This document shows positions 1 to 9,965 of a stretch of DNA of 64,000 nucleotides, one piece after another. Location: assembly GCA_000091205.1 (NCBI GenBank), contig AP006500.2, one strand, 5' to 3'. A model generated the notes under the pieces. That model ran no database searches. It had not been told where the DNA came from and worked only from the letters and a program-made list of their open reading frames with translations. How positions within the stretch are numbered: position 1 is the stretch's first letter; every line of letters starts with the position of its first letter. Position numbers and translations under genes: made by a program. Origin of the DNA: Cyanidioschyzon merolae. Lineage: Eukaryota.

Positions 1-2605
1 GGAAACATATATACGCGGGGAGGCAAGTTTCTGGCTCGCCGTCCATCCACGGGGTCTGACTGCCGGTGTAAGAAAATGGAAGTGGAGTGCGACGTGCACA
101 TCCACGCTACCCGCCACGAAAGGAGAATGCGAAGCAACCACCTGACAGAAAAGAGAAGGATCCCAGCCGCAAAGAGGACGACGAGAGTCAGGAAGGAAAC
201 CCTGCGCACTGGAAAGGCCAGTCCGAAACCAGCGCCTACACGTCGGTGCCAGAACGCATCAACGGAAAAAATTCTCCGAGTACGTGAGATGCCCAGGGCT
301 ATTAGGTATTGCGTAGAATGTGGTTGTCGGAAGGCTCGCCTAGCTCTCCCCGAATGGATGCCCCTCGTGCAGCAACTGGCGGCAAGGGTTTCGGAGGCAG
401 CGCTGCCAGCAGTTCGCATTCGTAGGGAGTTTTTGGTCAAACCCTCGAGCGACAGCACTAGGAATGCTCCGCTCCGAGCATGCCAGCGGGCCTGTTCGTG
501 GTGTCATTGACCAATACACACGCTGGCCGGCATCCGTTTCTGCGCTGCACTACATGGTTGCTCGGCCCATGGACAGCGTAGGTGCCAGGAAAAGTTTCGC
601 CCAAACCTCAGAACCCATAGCCAAGAGCGGGTCCGTGGCGACTACCCTACGAGGCGCACCCCAGAGGCGTTGTACTCGTTGCGTCCACAGCGTTGTGGTC
701 GACGAAATGTTGGCGACTGGCGCAAGCGGCTCTTGGGATGTCCGTGGAGGCACGTGACGAGCTGGCTCCGGACGAGAAGGTGCTGGAAGCGAGCTCGGAG
801 ATGTCGCATCGAGAACGAGCGACGCTCCAGATCGTCCGAGCTCATGGAGTAGGTTTCTGTTCCGGAGCTGGGCACGTCGTCTCGGAAGGATTACGCGGGC
901 GTTGACCTGGCCTAACTTGCATCCTGCGCTGCTAGGTTTTCGCGAACGCGGCGCTCCACCGCAAGGCAGACCCTCTGGTCGTATGTGAGCGCCTTTGCAT
1001 CCTCAAACCCCTGGTCGATACGGTCCCCGCATTTCGGGGCAAAGCCCATGATACCACCGTGCATATTTGTGTGGTGTACGACGTCCTCAGTGGTCTACGA
1101 TGTGTGCGCACGAGCAGCTAGGGGGCACTCTACCTATTTCGGGCAGAGCGTTGGCGGGGCTCGTTCATCGCCACTCGTTGGCTGGGAAAACACGGAAAGC
1201 GATGTACAGGGGCCTTGGAGACGCGCACGGCACATCAAACAGCATGCACTTTGCGAAACCCCGGCCCGCTCGGAGCAACGAGACTCATATTCAACCGCTT
1301 ACGGAAAACGAACGTGAAGGCTTCGTGGTGCGCGTGGATGCCGTTTCTGAGGGCCCGTGGCCGTCACCGTGCCCGTTCGTCAAGGGGCAGCGCCAGAGAC
1401 CTGAACGGAAAGCAAATGAGTCTGCTCCACGCCTCCAGGGCTCGGTATCATCCGGAGTTGGACGTGAACGACGCCAGCAGGCGTACCAACTCGTGGAATG
1501 ACGACGTAAAGACCTGTCGTGACGCGCTGAGTACGGTATCGGGCAAAAGGAGATGCACTGCGCACCTCATTCATAACGGGTATGAGCGACTAGATCGCTC
1601 ATGCGGACGAGCCATGGCAGAGGAACGCGGGACCGAGCTCGAGTCTCCAACAGTCGCAACCGCTCGCGGGCACGAGGCGGGTATTCGCAAGCTTCCTCAA
1701 AGCACTGGAAACGGAACTGGCCGATCGGTTGCATCTTATAAAGATAGTGCATGGCGGTGGACGCGCTCTAGTTGCAGAACTGGACTGTCGTCGATAACGC
1801 ACAAGGGATCCGCGAACCGGCACTGAAGTGCTCTCAGTGATGAGCTCTGGACGAGATTCTCACATCGCGAGCACAGAGACACGCTGAAACTGCCGGTGAA
1901 GACGATTTGGAAACGGAGCCGGACGTATGAGATGACGTACGCTGAGTTCATTGAGCTCCAGGTGGCAATGCAGTCACAGTTGAGACGCTTGCTGTGGAGT
2001 GTCTCCATCACGAACGGGAAACGCGTCCAGTTTCTGAACCGAGATTTGAGCGCCCATATCAGCATCTGGAACTGCATCGTTCTTCAGGAGCGTCCATCGG
2101 CTTTACTTCAGGCGAGGCTTCGATTCGATTGTCTAGTATGCAGTGTGGGTATTGTGCTGGAATGCTGCGGACTCTCGATGAAAAACATCATGTATCATCA
2201 GAGCGGCGATTAAGTCCCCGCTTGGAGCAAGCCACTTGTATGGTACGGTCTGCACTGTATCAAGGCTGGACTGCCATATACCTTCGCCACGAACAATGTT
2301 CGTGGGTAATTGTTAAACTATAATTGTGTTTCATTCATCAACATGACGGAGAATAAATCCACCAATCACATAACATGTACAAAACGTACAGACCGATTGG
2401 GCTGCAATCACCTCGGCAGGTGCGGAACGGGCACCGCATCCCCGAGGTGAGCCTGGCTCTCTGGAGCGGGCGCGCTGAGAACACCGGCCAGTAACGGGAT
2501 CACTCCCACGCGAAGCGCTTCGAAATACCAAAGAACATTCTTCGTTTCGTTGAGCGTTAAACGGCATTGCCACGTGAAATTCCTCTCGTTTGGAAGTAGA
2601 CGTTT

Positions 2606-3778
2606 TTGACTGTTATGGCTTTCGTGTGCTATCCGCTGTTTACAAGTGCAAAGTTTCGTGTCATACCCGCACACGGTCTGCATTCGAGGAGCAGCACGCT
2701 GTGGAAGGGCACTACTGCGGGACGGCATGCGGCTGGTAGGGCTCTTGTCGCCTCTTCAACAGCCCGCGGCGCTCTCACACTTCGAGGCAACGCGGCGGGC
2801 GCTCCTCGACGCCCTTTGCAACCGCTGCTTGCGAAAGGTGCGGCCGTGCTCGCGGCTTTAGCTGTTGCAATCTCTCCGCTGCTTGGTGACCCAGAAGCCG
2901 CACTTGCAGCACAGGGAGGCGGTCGGGTCGGTGGCTCGACTTTCCGGGCACCGGCGACTCGGAGCGCACCGCCTCGGAGCTATCGCGCTCCTTCCGGAGG
3001 TATTGGAGGATATTATTATAGCCCGGCACCAGTTTTGCCTTTCACGCCCTTCTACTTCGGGCCAGTGGTTGTGCCGTTTGGTTTCACCGGAATAGGGACT
3101 TTTCTTCTTGCGGCGGCATTCTTCGCGTTTGCCACACGTGCTCTAAGCTCGAATCTATCCGGTCTTGGAGTTTCTGCTGCCGCAGAGGATAGTGAACTGG
3201 CCGCAGAACAGACGACGCTGGTGAAGCTTAAGGTGGGTTTGCTCAGTACAGCTCGCGAGCTGCAACAGGAACTGGAAGAAATTGCGCTCCGCAGTAAGAC
3301 AGATTCTATTGTCGGCCTGCAGCAGGTCTTACAGGAGACAACGCTTGCGTTGTACCGAAACCCTGACTATTGGAGCTTCGGGAGCGTAAACGTGAAGCGC
3401 ACGTCGCTCTCAGAGGCAGAGGCTGCATTCAACAACGAGTCTTTCGCTGAACGCGGGAAACTTGAGAAAGAGACACTATCAAATTTTGGTGGACAGATTG
3501 ATATTCGGAAGCGGGAGGTTGCAGAACGCGACTCCACCGACATGCGAGTACCCGAGTTTATTGTGGTCACACTGATTGTTGCTGCGTCTGGCCGAGTTCC
3601 AGGCGTTCCTACAGAGATTCGAAGAAGCAGTGACATCGAGGCGGCGCTTCGGGCACTTAGCAGCATTCCGCGGGAAGCACTCCAGGGCGTGGAGGTCATC
3701 TGGTCACCTCAGTCGCGCGAGGATGCGCTTACTGAGAGCGAAATGCTCGCTGACCATCCGGAGCTGGTGCGAATATAG
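2606..3778 (+). CDS. Glycine-rich membrane protein, DUF1517-like (plastid/cyanobacterial-type); N-terminal region resembles a transit peptide
   Basis: 390-aa ORF. Gly/Ser/Arg-rich stretch 'GGGRVGGSTFRAPATRSAPPRSYRAPSGGIGGYYYSPAPV' followed by the hydrophobic segment 'GIGTFLLAAAFFAF'. This is the typical DUF1517 architecture, recognised from memory of the family and not from a search. Confidence 0.45.
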   Translation: MTVMAFVCYPLFTSAKFRVIPAHGLHSRSSTLWKGTTAGRHAAGRALVASSTARGALTLRGNAAGAPRRPLQPLLAKGAAVLAALAVAISPLLGDPEAALAAQGGGRVGGSTFRAPATRSAPPRSYRAPSGGIGGYYYSPAPVLPFTPFYFGPVVVPFGFTGIGTFLLAAAFFAFATRALSSNLSGLGVSAAAEDSELAAEQTTLVKLKVGLLSTARELQQELEEIALRSKTDSIVGLQQVLQETTLALYRNPDYWSFGSVNVKRTSLSEAEAAFNNESFAERGKLEKETLSNFGGQIDIRKREVAERDSTDMRVPEFIVVTLIVAASGRVPGVPTEIRRSSDIEAALRALSSIPREALQGVEVIWSPQSREDALTESEMLADHPELVRI

Positions 3779-4689
3779 AGTGATGCGGAGTCCACCGAAT
3801 ACCAGAAACGAAGGTTCGCTCTCGGAAGGCGAAATCGTTAGAAACACGAGATCCAGCGTGGATATCGATGAGGATTTGGTTCGTCGCATATAGCAAGGTC
3901 GATACGGCGGCCCGCATCAGCAGGTCTCCTGCAACGTCATCCGTTCCATGCGCTCCGTGACATCAATGCTGTCACCTCCAGTGTCATTCCTAACTCATCG
4001 AAAGCGATACTTTAAAGCGGAAGCGCGGACCCCACAGAGTGGACGCATCTCGCTGAAACCCAGAATAGAATCGTGGGTTTGGTGCTCTGTGCATGTGGCC
4101 CACGCCCAGCGCTGAACTACGGAAATCTGGCTTGTGGACTGGTACGCAAGACCTGCGTGGCAATACGAGCGGGGCACCCATATGAAGTATCCATGTGCGT
4201 CTTGCACAGAATGCGACGTGCGACCCAAAAAGCGAGCACTCGATGGCGGCGACATATCTCCCCAGGAATTGCCCCTCTTGCCGCTCTCGATTGTTGGGTT
4301 CGCGAGAAACACCGGAACTTTTATCTTCTTTGGAAAGAGGCAAACAGTGCGCGAGAACTGAGCAGCGTTGCAAGTCTGTAGTCCATAGCTGCTGATTCAG
4401 TGCGTTGACAGAGGGTAATATGCTGGAAGTGGGGCGCAACGTGTTTCAGAAAGTTGTACAGAAATGCCCAACCGGTTGCGGCAGCATGCATGCGCCGCCC
4501 CAGCACCTCCAAGGCTATGGTGGCGGTTTGCCGCGGGCGTTCTGCGGATCTCAAGCCGGATCTTTGGGCTTGCGGGCAAGGCGCTTCATGTTCGTTGCAG
4601 GTAGAGTCGAGAGCGCGTTTTTCTCGCGAAAAACAACAAGGGTTTTGTCTAGACATAAGACTTCGAAAGGTAGAAATTCCAGGTGTAAA

Positions 4690-5193
4690 ATGAGCTTTAA
4701 CGGGGGGTTTCTCGGAAAGAACGCCGTGTTCGCACAGACGATGCTTCGAATCAAGGACCCCTCAAAGTCGCGGCAGTTTTACGAAGCGCTGGGTATGAAC
4801 TTTCTGACGCGCTTCGACTTTCCGGAACTGTCATTCTCCCTCTATTTCTTCGCACTGGAGAAGGATCCAACAGTGCCGGCGGAAGATGCTCCACAACCAG
4901 AGCGGGCAAAGTGGCTTTTCTCGCGTCAGTACCCGACTCTTGAGCTTACACATAACTGGGGAACTGAGAAGGATCCGAATTTCAAGTACGCGAACGGGAA
5001 TACGGAGCCGGGTAAGGGCTACGGGCACATCGGCTTTCTCGTGGATGATCTCTACGCGAGCTGTGCTGCCGTAGAGAAAGCGGGTTATGTCGTGTCGCGG
5101 AAACCGGGACCCTTCCAGAACGTGGGCGAAATTGCTTTCGTACGGGACCCGGACGACTACTGGATTGAGTTAATCCAAAAACCCAAGTCTTGA
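4690..5193 (+). CDS. Glyoxalase I (lactoylglutathione lyase), eukaryotic/human type
   Basis: Six-frame ORF is 4405..5193; the probable start is the Met at 4690 ('MSFNGGFLGKNAVFAQTMLRIKDP'). Motifs 'TLELTHNWGTEKDPNFKYANGNTEPGKGYGHIGFLVDDLYASC' and 'IAFVRDPDDYWIELIQ' closely match human GLO1 ('TLELTHNWGTE...[21 protein letters not shown]...AFIQDPDGYWIEIL'). Confidence 0.8.
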   Translation: MSFNGGFLGKNAVFAQTMLRIKDPSKSRQFYEALGMNFLTRFDFPELSFSLYFFALEKDPTVPAEDAPQPERAKWLFSRQYPTLELTHNWGTEKDPNFKYANGNTEPGKGYGHIGFLVDDLYASCAAVEKAGYVVSRKPGPFQNVGEIAFVRDPDDYWIELIQKPKS

Positions 5194-6406
5194 GCAGAAC
5201 GTGCTCATGGATTTTAGAAGCAGGCGATGCGGACGAATGTCTGGGAGTCTCCGAAAGAGTCACTGTTTCGTCGGTGCAATGATAAGCAGCCCGTTTCAAG
5301 GTTGCCCGTATCCGGTGATTTCGGGAAAAACGCGAGTTTCCTGTCGAACTCGTCGGCTTAACGATAGAGCGGGGGAATTTTACAGGCAAACTTGGGGCCA
5401 TTGTGCTTCGGATGTAGAAGCCACGACAGCGCCGAAAAGGTCACCTCACTTGCGCTTCCACGCGGAGGCTCCTGCTCACAAAGACGCTCGGCGCGAAGCG
5501 TTGGCATTTGGATTACGAGACTGTTTGTACCTGCTCGCCGGTTCTGGCCGGATTAAACACAAATCTAAGAGAGCACTGCACAGCTATGATTCTGGTTCAC
5601 AGCTGGAGAAGAAGCAGCTTCCAGTTAGGGCGCATAGACTGGTGGCAGCGCTCACAAATTTGGGTGAGATGTGGATGGATATCGCCAGGAGTTCTCTAAA
5701 GGACTAGCATGAACGGATTGCATCTACGGCCTGGAAGTCTGGCGCATCTGGAGCGATCTGCAACCGTAAACTTCCTGCCGACACGGCAAATCAGCTTTCG
5801 TTGCTGCTATTGAGTATCCTGCATCCGCATTTTCTTGAAACTTTCACGCTTTGCAATTGCGTCGAATCCAACTTACTGGTCGAAAACAGCTCAAAACTGG
5901 GACCGACACTCGCCAAGTAGCTGCTCGGCATACATATTTGGGAAGCGAATCCATCGGCGTCGATATAGGGTTCTGATGCTGTTGCATACCAGCAACACAA
6001 GCACCTTGGCAGATGCACACGTCGCTTCGGCATCTGTTGCGTGCCACAGAGAAGTGCATATCGCCGTATGCGCATCGATTTCCAAAGATGAACGCTGAAA
6101 GACGACCGGGACTTCGGCGCGATTCACCGCACCGGAGGCTGCACAATTATAAGACGCTTTAATATTTGACATTCTACTTTCACATAAGTTTCAAACCGAG
6201 TGGTGTTCCGGGACAAGACGGGTGTTACTGGATATCGTGTTGTCCAGTTGTCAACGGATTGGTGTAAAATTTTTCTGTTACAACACAGCTGAGGCCTTTT
6301 TGCTATGCAACTGGGCGAGTAGACCGGATACGTGGCCCAATCTAAGGCTTCCTTACTCGACCCTCTGGCACTGAAAGTAAGCTGAATCCGATAAGCATCT
6401 CACAAC

Positions 6407-7660
6407 ATGAGCTGCAAAGGTGCAGCTTTTGGGTTCGCCACTCTAAATGGCTTGTCAGTTCGGAGGCATTTGTTTTGTAGGAGTTCGGCAAATCGTAGAG
6501 TCTGCGGGAAGCTTTTTACTGGTTCACAATGTCCACGTGCTCCAAGGTATTTTTTGGTGCACACTGACAAGAGTGCCGGCAACACTCCAAGTACACGAGG
6601 TTGGGAGGAATATGCGGGAAACTTTATTTTCAGGCCTCCGCACGTTATCGTAAGGCCCTCACAGCGCACAGCCTACGGGACTGGAAACGGTACACCGCTG
6701 CCACCAAAAGCTCTCGTTCACTTTCTCGGGGGTGCCTTCGTTGGAGCCGCGCCGCAGGTTGCGTATCGATGGTTTCTCGAACAGTTGGCTTTAGAGGGCT
6801 TCGTAGTAGTCGCGACGCCGTACCGACTTTCTTTCGATCACCTTTGGACGATGGATGACGTGCTCACCAGGTTTTCAGCAGCAGCGGGAATGCTCGCTCT
6901 CGATTACGGTCCCATCCCTGTTGTTGGAATCGGTCACTCCCTGGGCGCTCTCCTGCACACCCTTGGAGGCAGCTTGTTTTGCAACGCGGATGGGTACAAG
7001 GCTGCCAACGTACTGATTGCATTCAATAATCGCCGCGCGGAAGATGCGATACCTTTATTCAGAGAGTTTATCGCGCCCGTGGTTAAGACGGTTGCCCAAA
7101 CTGGTGAACTCTCTGATGTGATCGAGCGGCTCGTGATCGATGGGCCTGCGACGTTTGACACGCTGTTCGACACTGTTACAGATGTTGTGTTTCCTGGTTC
7201 TCGGGATAGTGAGCTTTTCGCCTTGGTGCGACAGTCAAGGGCGCTTGCGCAGCAGATTCCACCTTTATTTGCTGAGGTCGCTGATGGAGCTTTTGCATTC
7301 AACCCTGATCCTATCGAGGTCATGGAGGCAATTCGCACACTATACAAAGTTCGTCAAACGCTTATTGTGAGCTTCAAAAACGACATCCTCGATGACTCGC
7401 GTTCGCTTCAGAAAGCACTAGACCCTGAGCGAGGCGCTACAGTAATTCGTCTCGGCGGAACTCACTTAACCCCCTGCGCACAGGATTTCCTCGACCCACG
7501 GCTCCGGCAAAGCAGCTTTTTCTCTTCATTTACGTGCGAAAAGGATAACGACACATCCTACATACTCCGCGAAGCTATGCGCAGAATTGTGCTTCGCGAA
7601 GCAATGCTCATGAAAAACAGTGTTGTGGCGTATTTAGATCGCGCTCTCGGAATGGAATAA
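6407..7660 (+). CDS. Alpha/beta-hydrolase-fold protein, DUF1350-like (plant/cyanobacterial type)
   Basis: 417-aa ORF. Contains 'VHFLGGAFVGAAPQVAYRWFLEQLALEGFVVVATPY' and the serine-hydrolase-like motif 'GIGHSLGALLH'. The true start may be a downstream Met; the N-terminus could be a targeting peptide. Confidence 0.55.
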   Translation: MSCKGAAFGFATLNGLSVRRHLFCRSSANRRVCGKLFTGSQCPRAPRYFLVHTDKSAGNTPSTRGWEEYAGNFIFRPPHVIVRPSQRTAYGTGNGTPLPPKALVHFLGGAFVGAAPQVAYRWFLEQLALEGFVVVATPYRLSFDHLWTMDDVLTRFSAAAGMLALDYGPIPVVGIGHSLGALLHTLGGSLFCNADGYKAANVLIAFNNRRAEDAIPLFREFIAPVVKTVAQTGELSDVIERLVIDGPATFDTLFDTVTDVVFPGSRDSELFALVRQSRALAQQIPPLFAEVADGAFAFNPDPIEVMEAIRTLYKVRQTLIVSFKNDILDDSRSLQKALDPERGATVIRLGGTHLTPCAQDFLDPRLRQSSFFSSFTCEKDNDTSYILREAMRRIVLREAMLMKNSVVAYLDRALGME

Positions 7661-7769
7661 CACACACCACAGAATCCGGCGCAGTTGGGTTTAAATCGAA
7701 ATCATTTGTGCGAATTTGCGCGCAGTGCTCTGATCAATTTCGCACGCGAATTTGGGTTGATTTCTGTGA

Positions 7770-9965
7770 CTAATCTTCCTCTTCAGCTTCAGATAGCCAT
7801 TTCAAAAATGGACCTAGTTCGGTTAAAAGTTCCCCAGCCGCTGCTTCTGGAATTCCAAGTCGTGCCGCTATGAATCCTTCGCCCCGCCCTGTCCATTCAG
7901 TGATTGTAGTTTCCGTAACAATATCCGCTTCATAGAGCATCTGCACAACATATGAAAAAAAATTCTTCGGGACCTGATGCGTTGTGCTGAATGACGCACT
8001 GCAATCTAGAATCCGCATTTGAGCCTCTTTTGAGGAAGCAAAACGCTGGATGAGGGTTTTCCATCGATTCAGATATGTGTGGAGCAGACTCACGGATTGA
8101 GAGCCAGAGTAACTTGCTCGTGTAAGCGACTCCTTCGCAAGTGTCAGTACAACGTTCCCGCTAATATCTTCCGGTGTTTGATCGTAGGCAAGTCTTAGGC
8201 TACTTAGTTCAACGGCCGTATCGTCCACTGAGCTATCGTTATGGAGTGCGCGCAAAACAGTGTCTACTAGCTCACTTGTGAAAGCTTGGTCTGTATTTGT
8301 TTGCCGAACAAATCCAGTCGGACTCAATGAACTGCATTCATCCGCGAACGAATTCATTGATTCTGATTCAGGAGATGAACTTGCTATCGACTCAAAGTCA
8401 TCCCCAACACCCCCAACAGTTTCGAAGAGACTTTTCCTGTCGTGCGAAAATCTTTGCTCGGTGCTATATGTTAACTTATTGTGCGCGTCAGTAACTCCAA
8501 TGTGCTTTGTTTCGTTTCCCGTGTTCGACGAACATCCAAAAGAAAAAGTCGGCGTCTCAGCCTCGTCCAGCCCTCCAAATACGTCTTCTGTGTTCGTGCT
8601 ACCATTTGTAGTTTCGTTTTCGGGTTCTACGACACCAACCTCTTCTCCAACTCTCAAGGAGTCACGACTCGCTTTGAAGACAGCTCTGCCTTCACGTATA
8701 TGGGTGCACTCAGGAAGCACAACGTCAGGGCCGATGACACAGCCTCCATCGATGCGAGAGCCCTGCATGATCCTCGTATTTCTACCAACAATCGCATCTC
8801 TGACTACACATCCTTTCTCAATCACACACCCATCCAAAATTACAACATTTTCAAGGACGCACTGCTCTGATATATGGACTCCTCCGGATATGATGCAGTC
8901 AGTGACTCGCGAATCCACAGATACAACTGCATCCTCTGCCGCAAATGATTCGCCAGAATCAAACACGGCAGTATGGCGTGATATCTCAGCGAGAAGTTTT
9001 GCGCCAGGTCCACGGGTGGCTATTCTCCGGAACGGTGGGCATCTTCGCTCGTAATTAGCCAATAGATCCGGATCACCAAGCCAGCCATGCACGAAGTCTC
9101 TCACCACTTGGTAATACGACGCTATGCCGTGCAACTGTCGGCAGTACTCTCCCCTGTCCGCTATATCTAAGAAAAACGACTTGTTCCCAGAAATTTCATT
9201 TGAGTCCGAGTCAAGCTTATTTTTCATGTAATCACGCAGCTCTTCGTAATCAAAGTTTTCTCTGAATTCGGTGAGCACCTCGGGAGAAAGGATGTCGCAA
9301 CAGCAATCAACAATGCCCCGAATAAGTTGCAAATGATCCCTTCCACTCCATGAAAGATCACTAACCGTTACATACGTCCCGCATTCGTCTAGGTTGCGGT
9401 AGAGAAGCAGCTGCTTCGTCTCTTCGTCGATACCAACAAGCACCTCACCAGAAAAGGTCGCTTTGTTTTCCCCGCGATGTCGTTTGAAGAACAGACAAGT
9501 TGACGTCCACGACGGATCCTTTTCATGACGATACCGATGCTCCTCCGCGATTCGAGCGAAGTTAACCCGGAACACGGAAAAGACGTTGACCACAACGAAC
9601 TCGCCCTTTGGCCGGAGATCTTCATTGGTGTCGATGTCTCGCAAGATTTCCCCAACACTGGCAAAGGAGCGTGTTCCTCCACCGAGGAGAGTGACTCGGG
9701 AACGTATGCGGGGCGAACGCAGCGACTCGTTCAAAAAATTTCTAATAACTAGGGCAGACGAGACGCTGTCGTCAATGACGCCCACGAGAATGTCGCTCAC
9801 ACCTCCACGATCAAGTTGGAACAGAGCGTGCTCCAGCAAAGTCATGTTACACAGCGGCAGCAAACACGCGGGCCTTTCCCGCTCAACGAGGGGAAAGAGC
9901 TCATTTTCTTTCCTAGAGTCTACAACGAGTAGAGCTATGAGGCTTTCTGTATTTACTTTCTTCAT
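7770..9965 (-). CDS. Translation initiation factor eIF2B epsilon subunit
   Basis: 731-aa ORF. N-terminal nucleotidyl-transferase fold ('LLVVDSRKENELFPL...LPLCNMTLLEHALFQL'). Central left-handed beta-helix hexapeptide repeats ('VVSVDSRVTDCIISGGVHISEQCVLENVVILDGCVIEKGCVVRDAIVG'). C-terminal W2 domain ending in acidic/aromatic boxes ('WLSEAEEED'). Confidence 0.75.
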   Translation of the reverse strand: MKKVNTESLIALLVVDSRKENELFPLVERERPACLLPLCNMTLLEHALFQLDRGGVSDILVGVIDDSVSSALVIRNFLNESLRSPRIRSRVTLLGGGTRSFASVGEILRDIDTNEDLRPKGEFVVVNVFSVFRVNFARIAEEHRYRHEKDPSWTSTCLFFKRHRGENKATFSGEVLVGIDEETKQLLLYRNLDECGTYVTVSDLSWSGRDHLQLIRGIVDCCCDILSPEVLTEFRENFDYEELRDYMKNKLDSDSNEISGNKSFFLDIADRGEYCRQLHGIASYYQVVRDFVHGWLGDPDLLANYERRCPPFRRIATRGPGAKLLAEISRHTAVFDSGESFAAEDAVVSVDSRVTDCIISGGVHISEQCVLENVVILDGCVIEKGCVVRDAIVGRNTRIMQGSRIDGGCVIGPDVVLPECTHIREGRAVFKASRDSLRVGEEVGVVEPENETTNGSTNTEDVFGGLDEAETPTFSFGCSSNTGNETKHIGVTDAHNKLTYSTEQRFSHDRKSLFETVGGVGDDFESIASSSPESESMNSFADECSSLSPTGFVRQTNTDQAFTSELVDTVLRALHNDSSVDDTAVELSSLRLAYDQTPEDISGNVVLTLAKESLTRASYSGSQSVSLLHTYLNRWKTLIQRFASSKEAQMRILDCSASFSTTHQVPKNFFSYVVQMLYEADIVTETTITEWTGRGEGFIAARLGIPEAAAGELLTELGPFLKWLSEAEEED

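Noticed and set aside
1215-1826. 203-aa Arg-rich ORF and overlapping ORFs in the first 2.3 kb
   Set aside because: No motif was found. The Arg/Ser/Cys-rich composition is typical of out-of-frame GC-rich DNA. Several overlapping frames give similar-length ORFs. No call was made.
8260-9054. 264-aa plus-strand ORF, Ser/Thr/Pro-rich
   Set aside because: It lies entirely antisense to the well-supported eIF2B-epsilon CDS. Its composition is the mirror of that gene's codons and it has no recognisable motif. It is most likely a spurious antisense ORF.
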